Shown: one piece after another, positions 9,778 through 17,093 of the stretch
Layout: each line of letters opens with the position of its first letter
How positions within the stretch are numbered: position 1 is the first letter of the stretch
Source: an uncultured Alphaproteobacteria bacterium
Lineage (GTDB): Bacteria; Pseudomonadota; Alphaproteobacteria; MPNO01; DASWLB01
NCBI GenBank assembly: GCA_963817535.1
Contig: CAWFOW010000011.1
Coordinates: 160,398 to 224,397 of the forward strand
Direction: 5' to 3'
Length of the DNA: 64,000 bases
Position numbers and translations under genes: made by a program
Notes under the pieces: model-generated
The model's database searches: none
What the model was told of the DNA's origin: nothing
The model's input: the letters and a program-made list of their open reading frames with translations, nothing else

Positions 9778-10851
9778 CTATGCCTGGTCGACAGGGCCGA
9801 GCAGATAGTCGGCGAGCTCGGCGCGCGCCCGCGGCGCGCCGCCGAAGCGGACCAGGTCGGCATGGACGCGGCGGAAATGGCGCGGCGCCTCGTGCTCCTC
9901 GGCATAGCCGATCGCGCCCAGCGCGTGGTGCGCCTCGAGCATCACCTGGCGCAGCGCCGTGCCACCGAACGCCAGCGCGGCCGCGGCGAACACGCGCCAT
10001 GAGTCGTCGCCGCGGTCGTAGGTGGCCGCGGCGTCGTCGAGGATCAAGCCTTCGCCGTCGAGATTGATGAGGCAATTGGCGAGCTTGTGCTGGATCGCCT
10101 GGAACGTGCCGATAAGCTGGCCGAACTGGCGGCGCAGCCGGGCATGCTCGACCGCCAGGTCGAAGGCGCGGTGTGCGGCGCCCATGGCGCGTGACGCGCC
10201 CGCAATTCGCAGGATCAGGGCGACGTCGGCGAGACGCTCCGCCGGAATCTCGACGAACGCCGCCGGGCGCGTGGCGAAGGTCACCTCGCTCAAGGACGGC
10301 ACGGCAAGGCCCGGCGTCGCAACGACTTCGAGGCCGGGCGCGCCGGCGGGCACGATCGCGACTCCCGGTGGATCATCGGTCAGCACGACGAAATGCGTGG
10401 CGCTCGCCGCGTCCTCGACAAAGCGCGCCGTCCCGTTCAGCGATCCGTTGGCGTAGGCAACCCCGCCGGCGGCAGCATCGCCGTCGAACGTGCCCAGCAC
10501 GACGGAAGCGGACGCCGTTCCCTTGCGCAGCCCATCGAGCAGCTCGCGACCGGCATCGGCGCCGGTGAGCAGGAGGTTTGCGGCGACCGCGCCCGGCAAT
10601 GGCGCCGGGCACGAGGCCCGGCCCATCTCGCCGAACACCAGCAATATTTCGCGGAGTCCGGCCTCGGCCGGGTCGGCGCCCAGAGTCGTCAACCCCTGGG
10701 CGGCGCAGTCGGCCCAGATCGCGCGGATGGCCGCTTCATCCTTCGATCGCTCGACCGCGCCATCCACGGGCCAGCGGGCCTCCAGGAATCGGCGCACCGA
10801 GTCGCGCAGGAGCTCGCGTTCCTCCTCGGAGATGCCGGCTTGTTGTTCCAT
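9778..10851 (-). CDS. Acyl-CoA dehydrogenase family protein (second, shorter paralogue)
   Basis: ORF 9778-12003 trimmed to ATG 10851 (MEQQAGISEEERELLRDSVRRFLE...). ACAD-like sequence (…HALGAIGYAEEHEAPRHFRR…). A 16-nt gap separates it from the downstream ACAD gene. Confidence 0.8.
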   Translation of the reverse strand: MEQQAGISEEERELLRDSVRRFLEARWPVDGAVERSKDEAAIRAIWADCAAQGLTTLGADPAEAGLREILLVFGEMGRASCPAPLPGAVAANLLLTGADAGRELLDGLRKGTASASVVLGTFDGDAAAGGVAYANGSLNGTARFVEDAASATHFVVLTDDPPGVAIVPAGAPGLEVVATPGLAVPSLSEVTFATRPAAFVEIPAERLADVALILRIAGASRAMGAAHRAFDLAVEHARLRRQFGQLIGTFQAIQHKLANCLINLDGEGLILDDAAATYDRGDDSWRVFAAAALAFGGTALRQVMLEAHHALGAIGYAEEHEAPRHFRRVHADLVRFGGAPRARAELADYLLGPVDQA

Positions 10852-10924
10852 CGGACTCGCCTCGCTCGGTACGTTTTCTCGGGTGTCGTTGGGAGGGATT
10901 ATCGCGCCCTCGGCCGCGCCTTCG

Positions 10925-10946
10925 CAACCCGCAGTTCCGCGGGTTG
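10925..10946. promoter_or_regulatory. 8-bp inverted repeat in the divergent ACAD / hydratase-lyase promoter region
   Basis: CAACCCGC (10925-10932) - 6 nt - GCGGGTTG (10939-10946), lying between start codons 10851 (-) and 11008 (+). Confidence 0.25.
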
Positions 10947-11007
10947 GGACGGCGCGTGCGAGTTGGTGTAGCTTGCGGCCGACCCAAAAGCCACGGAGAC
11001 CGCGTCG

Positions 11008-11847
11008 ATGTCCGAGACCTTCATCCCCGCCAACAAATGCGTCAGCGTCGAGATCGACGACGAGCAGATCGCCTGGGTGACGCTGAACCGCCCGGAGAAG
11101 CGCAACGCGATCAGCCCGTCGCTCTCCGACGACATGCAGGAGGCGCTGGACCATGTCGAACATGATGAGAATGTGAAGGTCGTGGTGCTGACCGGCGCGG
11201 GCGATGCGTATTCCGCAGGGATGGATCTGCGCGAATTCTTTCGCGCCTCGGACAACCTGACCCCCGAGAAGCGCGCCGCGTTCGGGCGCTCCAGCGCCTG
11301 GCAGTGGCGCCGGCTGCGCTTCTTCCTGAAGCCGACCATCTGCATGGTCAATGGCTGGTGCTTCGGCGCCGGCTTCAACTCGATGATCGCGTGCGACCTC
11401 GCCGTCGCCGCCGACGAGGCGCAGTTCGGCCTGAGCGAGATCAACTGGGGCATGATCCCCGCGGGCAACGTCCTGAAGAATGTCTGCTCGGTGATGAACG
11501 CGCGCGACGCTATGTATTACACGATCACCGGCGAGACATTCGACGGCAAGCAGGCGGCCGCGATGGGCGTGGTGAACGAATCCGTTCCGCGGGCGAAGCT
11601 CAAGGAGCGCGTGCGAGAGGTGGCGAAGGTCCTGGCGGACAAGAACGTGATGACCATGCGCGCCTGCAAGTTCGCGGTGAAGCGCGTCAACGAGATGTCG
11701 TGGGACGATGCCGACGACTACCTGATGGCCAAGCTCGACCAGATGCGCTTCCACGACACCGAGAAGGGCCGCGAGAAGGGTATGCGCCAGTTCCTCGACG
11801 AGAAGACCTACCGCCCCGGCCTCGGCAATTACGACAAGGCCAAATGA
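11008..11847 (+). CDS. ech: Hydroxycinnamoyl-CoA (feruloyl-CoA) hydratase-lyase, crotonase superfamily
   Basis: 279 aa. By eye it is near-colinear with Pseudomonas HCHL/Ech as I remember it. Shared blocks: LNRPEKRNA, VLTGAGxAxxAGMDL, WQW, KPTIxMVNGWCFGxGF, ACDLA, FGLSEINWG, and FLDxKxxxPGL at the C-terminus. Confidence 0.75.
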   Translation: MSETFIPANKCVSVEIDDEQIAWVTLNRPEKRNAISPSLSDDMQEALDHVEHDENVKVVVLTGAGDAYSAGMDLREFFRASDNLTPEKRAAFGRSSAWQWRRLRFFLKPTICMVNGWCFGAGFNSMIACDLAVAADEAQFGLSEINWGMIPAGNVLKNVCSVMNARDAMYYTITGETFDGKQAAAMGVVNESVPRAKLKERVREVAKVLADKNVMTMRACKFAVKRVNEMSWDDADDYLMAKLDQMRFHDTEKGREKGMRQFLDEKTYRPGLGNYDKAK

Positions 11848-11887
11848 GGGTGCGTCCCGTGAGGCTCGGCACCGCCGCCGCGCCGAG

Positions 11888-11933
11888 GGCAGCCATGGGA
11901 TTGCTGCCGGGGGCAGCCATGCGATTGCCGCCC
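11888..11933 (+). repeat. Tandem imperfect ~23-nt repeat with internal dyad symmetry
   Basis: GGCAGCCATGGGATTGCTGCCGG (11888-11910) is followed by GGCAGCCATGCGATTGCCGCCC (11912-11933). The first copy contains the dyad GGCAGC-N9-GCTGCC. It lies between ech and the hydroxylase gene. Confidence 0.3.
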
Positions 11934-12047
11934 TGTCATCGTGCGGCGTGATCCAGTAATCTCGCGCCCCGCAATCGCCGCACGGAAGCAGTTCATGTTG
12001 CACGAAGTCGAGTCGGAGACGGCTTGCCGCCCGGAAGGGTCGCGCCG

Positions 12048-13658
12048 ATGACCGGGCGCATCCCGGTTCTGATTGCCGGCGCCGGTCCGATCGGGCTGTC
12101 CCTGGCCGGGGACCTCGCCTGGCGGGGCGTCCGCAGCGTCGTCGTCGAGCGTGGCGACGGCGCGATCACCCAGCCCAAGATGGACCTGATCGGGCCCCGC
12201 ACGATGGAGTTCTGCCGGCGCTGGGGGCTAGAAGAGGCGGTGCGTAACTGCCCCTACAACCCTGACCATCCGCAGGACAATGTGTGGCTGGAGAGCTTCA
12301 CAGGCTACGAGTTCGGCCGCGAGCCCTTCCCCTCGCCGCGCGAGGAGGCGCCGCCGCCGCAAAGCCCGGTCAAGCGTGAGCGCTGCCCGCAGGACATGTT
12401 CGACCCGATCCTCAAATGCTGGGTCGAGTCCCTGCCGCAGGCCGCGCTGCGCTATCGCACCGAACTGATCGGATTCGAGCAGCGCGACGACGTAGTTGTC
12501 GCGCGCCTGCGGACCGCAACCGGCGCTGAGGAAACGGTCGAGGCCGATTATCTGATCGGGGCCGACGGCGGGGCCAGCACAGTGCGCCAGGCGCTCAGGA
12601 TCGAGATGCAGGGAAAGCCGACCCTGACCTACACGACGAATGCCATCTTCCGCTGCTCCAACTTCTGGGACCTGCACAAGACGCCCAAGGGGTACCGCTA
12701 TATCATCATCGGGCCGGAAGGCACCTGGAGCACGATCGTCGCGATCGACGGGCACGACCGGTATCGCTTCTCGGTGGTGGGTGACACCAACCCGCGCACG
12801 TTGACGGAACCCGAGGTTCGCAAGCTGGTCGTTCGGGCCATGGGCAAGGATTTTCCGTTCGAGGTGCTCTCGATCGTGCCGTGGGTCCGGCGCGAACTGG
12901 TCGCCGAGAGCTACGGCCAGGGGCGCGTGTACATCGCGGGCGACGCTGCACACCTCAACTCGCCGACCGGCGCGTTCGGCATGAACACGGGCATGCAGGA
13001 TTCGGTCGATCTCGGCTGGAAGCTTGCGGCCATGCTGCAAGGGTGGGGCGGCAAGGGGCTAATGGCCTCGTATGAGCCCGAACGGCGCCCGGTCGCGCTC
13101 CACAACGTCCGGGAGGCGACGAAGAACCTGGAGCGGATGATTTCGACGCGCGAGAAGCTGTCCCCGCTGGTCTTCGAGAAGGGTCCCGCCGGCGACGCGG
13201 CGCGCAAGGAGTTCGGTGACGCCTATACGGCGATGATGAAGCATGAGTGGTACACGCTGCCGGTCCATCTCGGCTATCGCTACGACGATTCTCCCGTCAT
13301 CTGCCCCGACGGCACCGCGCCGCCGAACGACCCGCCGATGGTCTATACCCAGACGGCACGGCCGGGCTCGCGCGCGCCGCACGTCTGGTTGCGCGAGGGC
13401 CAGTCGACGCTCGACCTGTTCGGACGCGGCTTCGTGCTGCTCCGATTCGACCGGGGTGCCAATTCCTCGACCATCGAGAATGCCGCGCGCGACTGTGGCA
13501 TGCCGCTTGAAACCGTTGACATCGACAACCACGCGGCGCGGACGCTCTACGTGAACCGACTGGCGCTGGTCCGCCCGGACGGGTTCGTGGCATGGCGCGG
13601 CGACACCTTGCCGGACGCTGTCGCGGGGTTGGTCGACCGCGTCCGCGGCGCCGGGTGA
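12048..13658 (+). CDS. FAD-dependent aromatic hydroxylase (PheA/TfdB/MhpA-type monooxygenase)
   Basis: ORF 12024-13658 trimmed to ATG 12048. Motifs: GAGPIGLSLA (GxGxxG), GADGGASTVRQ (DG) and YIAGDAAHLNSPTGAFGMNTGMQDSVDLGWKL (GD). It also has the C-terminal thioredoxin-like extension typical of this family. Confidence 0.85.
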   Translation: MTGRIPVLIAGAGPIGLSLAGDLAWRGVRSVVVERGDGAITQPKMDLIGPRTMEFCRRWGLEEAVRNCPYNPDHPQDNVWLESFTGYEFGREPFPSPREEAPPPQSPVKRERCPQDMFDPILKCWVESLPQAALRYRTELIGFEQRDDVVVARLRTATGAEETVEADYLIGADGGASTVRQALRIEMQGKPTLTYTTNAIFRCSNFWDLHKTPKGYRYIIIGPEGTWSTIVAIDGHDRYRFSVVGDTNPRTLTEPEVRKLVVRAMGKDFPFEVLSIVPWVRRELVAESYGQGRVYIAGDAAHLNSPTGAFGMNTGMQDSVDLGWKLAAMLQGWGGKGLMASYEPERRPVALHNVREATKNLERMISTREKLSPLVFEKGPAGDAARKEFGDAYTAMMKHEWYTLPVHLGYRYDDSPVICPDGTAPPNDPPMVYTQTARPGSRAPHVWLREGQSTLDLFGRGFVLLRFDRGANSSTIENAARDCGMPLETVDIDNHAARTLYVNRLALVRPDGFVAWRGDTLPDAVAGLVDRVRGAG

Positions 13659-13682
13659 CCGGCCTCTAAGTCCCTCAGTTTC

Positions 13683-13916
13683 TTACGGTTTCCAGAAGGG
13701 CTTGCCGGCCTCGTGCTCGACCTGCGCCCGAATAAGCCCGATGTCGGATAAGGTCCTGTCGTCGATATGAAGGGCGGCACGCCGGCGGGCGCTGCGCTCG
13801 CGCCACACGGCGACACTCGTCTGGAAATCGGCGATTTCGGCCTGCAAGAACCTCAGGGAGCCGCATCCACGGCCCCTCTGGCCGGTTTCGTGGGATGCGT
13901 TCGACAGGGTCGCCAT
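13683..13916 (-). CDS. DUF1127 domain-containing small protein
   Basis: 77 codons, the inner part of ORF 13683-14234, starting at ATG 13916. The C-terminus RRRAALHIDDRTLSDIGLIRAQVEHEAGKPFWKP fits the DUF1127 pattern of an Arg-rich segment plus LxDIGL. Confidence 0.65.
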   Translation of the reverse strand: MATLSNASHETGQRGRGCGSLRFLQAEIADFQTSVAVWRERSARRRAALHIDDRTLSDIGLIRAQVEHEAGKPFWKP

Positions 13917-13937
13917 CTCGCCATTCTCCACTGGATT

Positions 13938-13957
13938 TTCGAGACAATTTTCTCGAA
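13938..13957. promoter_or_regulatory. 7-bp inverted repeat with 6-nt spacer in the divergent DUF1127/Crp promoter region
   Basis: TTCGAGA (13938-13944) - caattt - TCTCGAA (13951-13957). The 5-N6-5 core geometry resembles CRP-family sites. A second dyad, GCGACA-aa-TGTCGC, lies at 14006-14019. Confidence 0.3.
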
Positions 13958-14073
13958 TGCGGTTCGTCCTGGACCATAGGTGATTACGAGACACCTTTCG
14001 CCGAAGCGACAAATGTCGCAACATGTGCGGAATTTCGGTACGTCCAACGCCACCTTTCGAGGAGGCAGGGGTG

Positions 14074-14862
14074 ATGGACAAGCAGGCCCGGCCGTCAAAC
14101 GGAAAGGTGGTACCGCCCGCGAAGGCTGCGGTTGCAAGCCCGGACACATCCGCAGCCGACCGTCGCGACGATGTGCGGTCGTTGTCGCGCTTCGCGCTGT
14201 TCGAAGGGCTCGACGCTGGCGCGCTGCGGCACATAGAACGGCAGTGCCGGTGGCGCCGCTATCGCGCCGGCGAAATGGTCGTCGAGCGCAATGAAGCAAG
14301 CCGCGAGATGTTCCTGATCGCGGAAGGCGCGGTCCGCGTGGTGAACGACAGCACGCAGGATCGTGACGTCACCTTCGCCGATATCGGCGCCGGCTCGTAT
14401 TTCGGTGAGCTTGCCGCGATCGATGGCATGCCGCGCACTGCGACGGTCCGCGCCGTCGAGGATACGCTGCTGCTGATGATGCCGCATGAGGCGGTCGTTG
14501 GGCTGTTGCAGAGCAACGGCGTGGTCGCGTTTCGCGTCCTCCAGCGGCTGACCCAGGTGATTCGCTATTGCGACGACCGGATCACGGCTTTCGCCACCCT
14601 TAACGCCATGCAGCGCGTTTACCTGGAGTTGCTGCGGCTCGCGGTCCCGGATGCGGCGGTGAGGGATTTGTGGATCGTGCGTCCGTGTCCGACCGAAAAG
14701 GAGATCGCCAGCCGCACCAGCGCGACGCGGGAAACCGTAGATCGGGCCATCCGCCAACTGCGGCGGACCGGGATCGTGCGGCGCAAGGGCCATAACCTTT
14801 ATATCCTCGATCGTGCCGGGCTCGAGGCGGCGGCTCGACTCCCCGGCAACCGCAACCGGTAG
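14074..14862 (+). CDS. Crp/Fnr-family transcriptional regulator
   Basis: ATG 14074 follows GGAGG. It has a cNMP-binding domain (…FGELAAIDGMPRTATVRAVEDTLLL…) and a C-terminal HTH (…EIASRTSATRETVDRAIRQLRRTGIV…). Confidence 0.85.
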   Translation: MDKQARPSNGKVVPPAKAAVASPDTSAADRRDDVRSLSRFALFEGLDAGALRHIERQCRWRRYRAGEMVVERNEASREMFLIAEGAVRVVNDSTQDRDVTFADIGAGSYFGELAAIDGMPRTATVRAVEDTLLLMMPHEAVVGLLQSNGVVAFRVLQRLTQVIRYCDDRITAFATLNAMQRVYLELLRLAVPDAAVRDLWIVRPCPTEKEIASRTSATRETVDRAIRQLRRTGIVRRKGHNLYILDRAGLEAAARLPGNRNR

Positions 14863-14963
14863 CGGTCGACAGCACGTCCGTCCCCGAAAGTCCCAAAAAA
14901 ATCATAGGGTTTGGAACAGTTTGGCTGTATGTTCCGGTGCGTTTCGTAAGGGCGAGGGGGGAA

Positions 14964-16274
14964 ATGCCCAGGTCGTTCCGCAGGATCGCGCATCCGAGTG
15001 TGCTGGCCATCGCGCTGGCAGTGGCGACGTTCTCCCAGGCGGCCTGGACACAGGAGCCATTTCAGCCCCTGCGCCCTGCACCCGAGACGTCGCAAGCCGA
15101 GGAGGTCACCCGCGGCGAGACGGTGACGAACCGCTCGCGGCCCGAGCTCGACGCGCTCGGTGTGCCGGTGGGCGGCTTTTACCTGTACCCCTTGCTCTCG
15201 GTCGGCGAGGCGTTTCGTGACAATATCTTCGACACCCAGAGCAATGCCCGGTCGGATGCGATCACGAACGTGCACCCCTCGCTGCGGCTGCAGTCGAATT
15301 TCGGCCGCCACGCGATCGGGCTCTACGGCGATGCGGATATCGGCCGCTATGCCGATCACACCCAGGAGAATTACGACGATTTCCGTCTCGGCGGGCAGGG
15401 GCGGCTTGACGTGGTGGGCCGCTCGCATATCGATCTCGGGTCGAGCTATCGGCGCCTCCACGAGGATCGCGCCTCGCCCAACGACGTGGGCGGGGTCACG
15501 CCGACGAAGTATTCCGACTCGAACGTCTCGCTCGGCGGTACGGCCGCGTTCGCGCGCCTCATCGCGCGGGTCGACGGCAGCCTCGACCGCTTCGAATATT
15601 CCAACGTGCGAGCCCTGAACGGCACGTTGATCGACAATGGCGGCCGCGACCGCGACGTCTACCGCTTCGCCACGCAACTTGGCTACGAGCTCGCCCCGCT
15701 GCGCGAGCTGTTCGTGCGCGGCAGTTATAACCAGCGCAATTATGACCGTACCTTCGATGCCAGCGGCTTCCAGCGCAGCTCGGACGGGTACGAGCTGGCG
15801 ATCGGGGCGAATTACGACCTGACGGGCGTGACCTTCGTCGAGCTGTTCGTCGGCTATCGCAGTCAGGGCTATGACGATCCACGGCTCGCCACGGCATCCG
15901 GCGTCGCCGCGGGCGCGCGGGTGATCTGGAATGTGACGCGCCTGACGACCGTCACCGCCACGCTGACGCGCGACGTGGAGGAGACGGTGATCGGCGGCGC
16001 CTCCAGCTATTTCTCGACCGACGCCGGCGTGCATGTCGATCACGAACTTTTGCGCAACCTGATTCTCAGGGCCAATGCGATGTACGGCAATGACGACTTC
16101 ACCGGCATCGCGCGCAACGATGACCGCTTCGAAGCCGGGTTCGGCGCGATCTACCAGATGAACCGCTACTTCTCGATCAGCGGGAACTACGCCTTCCGCG
16201 CCCGTGAATCGAATGCTGCCGGCCAGGACTTCACCGAGAACGTCCTCTCGCTCAACCTGACCGCGCGCTACTGA
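14964..16274 (+). CDS. Outer-membrane beta-barrel protein of the EPS locus (EpsL/BBP2-like; tentative family)
   Basis: ATG 14964 follows GAGGGGGG. The N-terminal region has a Sec-type signal peptide (…SVLAIALAVATFSQAAWTQ…). It shows an alternating beta-strand pattern and the aromatic C-terminus ...LSLNLTARY. It sits directly upstream of the OPX and BY-kinase genes. Confidence 0.65.
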   Translation: MPRSFRRIAHPSVLAIALAVATFSQAAWTQEPFQPLRPAPETSQAEEVTRGETVTNRSRPELDALGVPVGGFYLYPLLSVGEAFRDNIFDTQSNARSDAITNVHPSLRLQSNFGRHAIGLYGDADIGRYADHTQENYDDFRLGGQGRLDVVGRSHIDLGSSYRRLHEDRASPNDVGGVTPTKYSDSNVSLGGTAAFARLIARVDGSLDRFEYSNVRALNGTLIDNGGRDRDVYRFATQLGYELAPLRELFVRGSYNQRNYDRTFDASGFQRSSDGYELAIGANYDLTGVTFVELFVGYRSQGYDDPRLATASGVAAGARVIWNVTRLTTVTATLTRDVEETVIGGASSYFSTDAGVHVDHELLRNLILRANAMYGNDDFTGIARNDDRFEAGFGAIYQMNRYFSISGNYAFRARESNAAGQDFTENVLSLNLTARY

Positions 16275-16384
16275 CTCTGTAGCCCTGCGGCCCGTCGCCG
16301 CGATTCCCACCCGCAGATTCCATCTGTGCCCATGCCCCGCGGGCGCCGCGCCTCGGATTGGTCACACGTGCGCGCGCGACGCCA

Positions 16385-16470
16385 TGGCAGTTTCTTCGTT
16401 GTTGCGACAGACCGTGGCAGACAACTGCCAGGCGTAAGAGGGGCGCACAGACGCGGCATCGCAACAACGA
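16385..16470 (+). other. Predicted structured 5' leader upstream of the OPX export gene
   Basis: A perfect 12-bp long-range stem pairs TCGTTGTTGCGA (16396-16407) with TCGCAACAACGA (16459-16470). It encloses the hairpin TGGCAG-acaa-CTGCCA (16415-16430). A second TGGCAG copy at 16385-16390 could pair alternatively. The 3' arm abuts the GAGGGG Shine-Dalgarno sequence (SD) before ATG 16476. Confidence 0.35.
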
Positions 16471-16475
16471 GGGGT

Positions 16476-17093
16476 ATGATGCGGAATCCACACCCTTTTT
16501 GCTCGGCATTCGGCCGATCGATCATCGCGGTTGCCTTGGGCGCCGTCCTAGTCTCGGCGGCGGCATGCTCAGGCAGTAACTATCCCTCGGCGCCGATCGC
16601 AAGCGGTGCGGCGGGCGGCGAGAGCCCAGGGGCCGGACTTTCAGGTTACAGGCTCGGCGCGGGCGATCATGTCCGGATCATCGTCTTCGGTCAGAAGGAC
16701 CTGACCGGCGAATACACGGTCGACGGGCAGGGACGGCTCGCCTTCCCGTTGATCGGCGACGTGCAAGCCGGCGGCGAGACCGGCCAGAACCTGGCCCAGT
16801 CGATCGAGCAGCGCCTGTCGCCCGACTACCTGAGGGATCCGAAGGTCAGCGTCGAGATCATCACCTACCGCCCCTTCTACATCGTGGGCGAGGTGCACAA
16901 GCCTGGCAGCTATCCCTTCGTCAGCGGGATGTCGGTGATCAACGCGATCGCGCTTGCCGGCGGCTTCACCTATCGCGCCCGCGAGGACGATTTCTACGTC
17001 CGCCGCTCCTCAAACGGAAAGAAGTACGCGGCCGGCCCGGCGACGCCGATCTATCCGGGTGACGTCATTACGGTTCGGGAGCGCTATTTCTGA
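16476..17093 (+). CDS. Polysaccharide export outer-membrane lipoprotein (OPX / Wza-GumB family)
   Basis: ORF 16326-17093 trimmed to ATG 16476. Lipoprotein-like signal ...LGAVLVSAAAC. Poly_export plus SLBB pattern: YRLGAGDHVRIIVFG, PLIGDVQAGGET, YIVGEVHKPGSYPF, INAIALAGGFT. Confidence 0.85.
   Translation: MMRNPHPFCSAFGRSIIAVALGAVLVSAAACSGSNYPSAPIASGAAGGESPGAGLSGYRLGAGDHVRIIVFGQKDLTGEYTVDGQGRLAFPLIGDVQAGGETGQNLAQSIEQRLSPDYLRDPKVSVEIITYRPFYIVGEVHKPGSYPFVSGMSVINAIALAGGFTYRAREDDFYVRRSSNGKKYAAGPATPIYPGDVITVRERYF

Noticed and set aside
11888-11933. Tandem repeat as a possible CRISPR or minisatellite array
   Set aside because: There are only two imperfect adjacent copies with no spacers, and no cas genes are in the window. 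It is more consistent with a regulatory dyad.
14911-14943. Possible sigma-54 (TGG...GC) or EcfG-type (GGAAC...CGTT) promoter upstream of the EPS barrel gene
   Set aside because: The GG (14913-14914) and GC (14924-14925) dinucleotides are 9 nt apart rather than the 10 nt of the -24/-12 consensus. GGAAC (14913-14917) and CGTT (14940-14943) are 22 nt apart rather than about 16-17 nt. Neither spacing fits.
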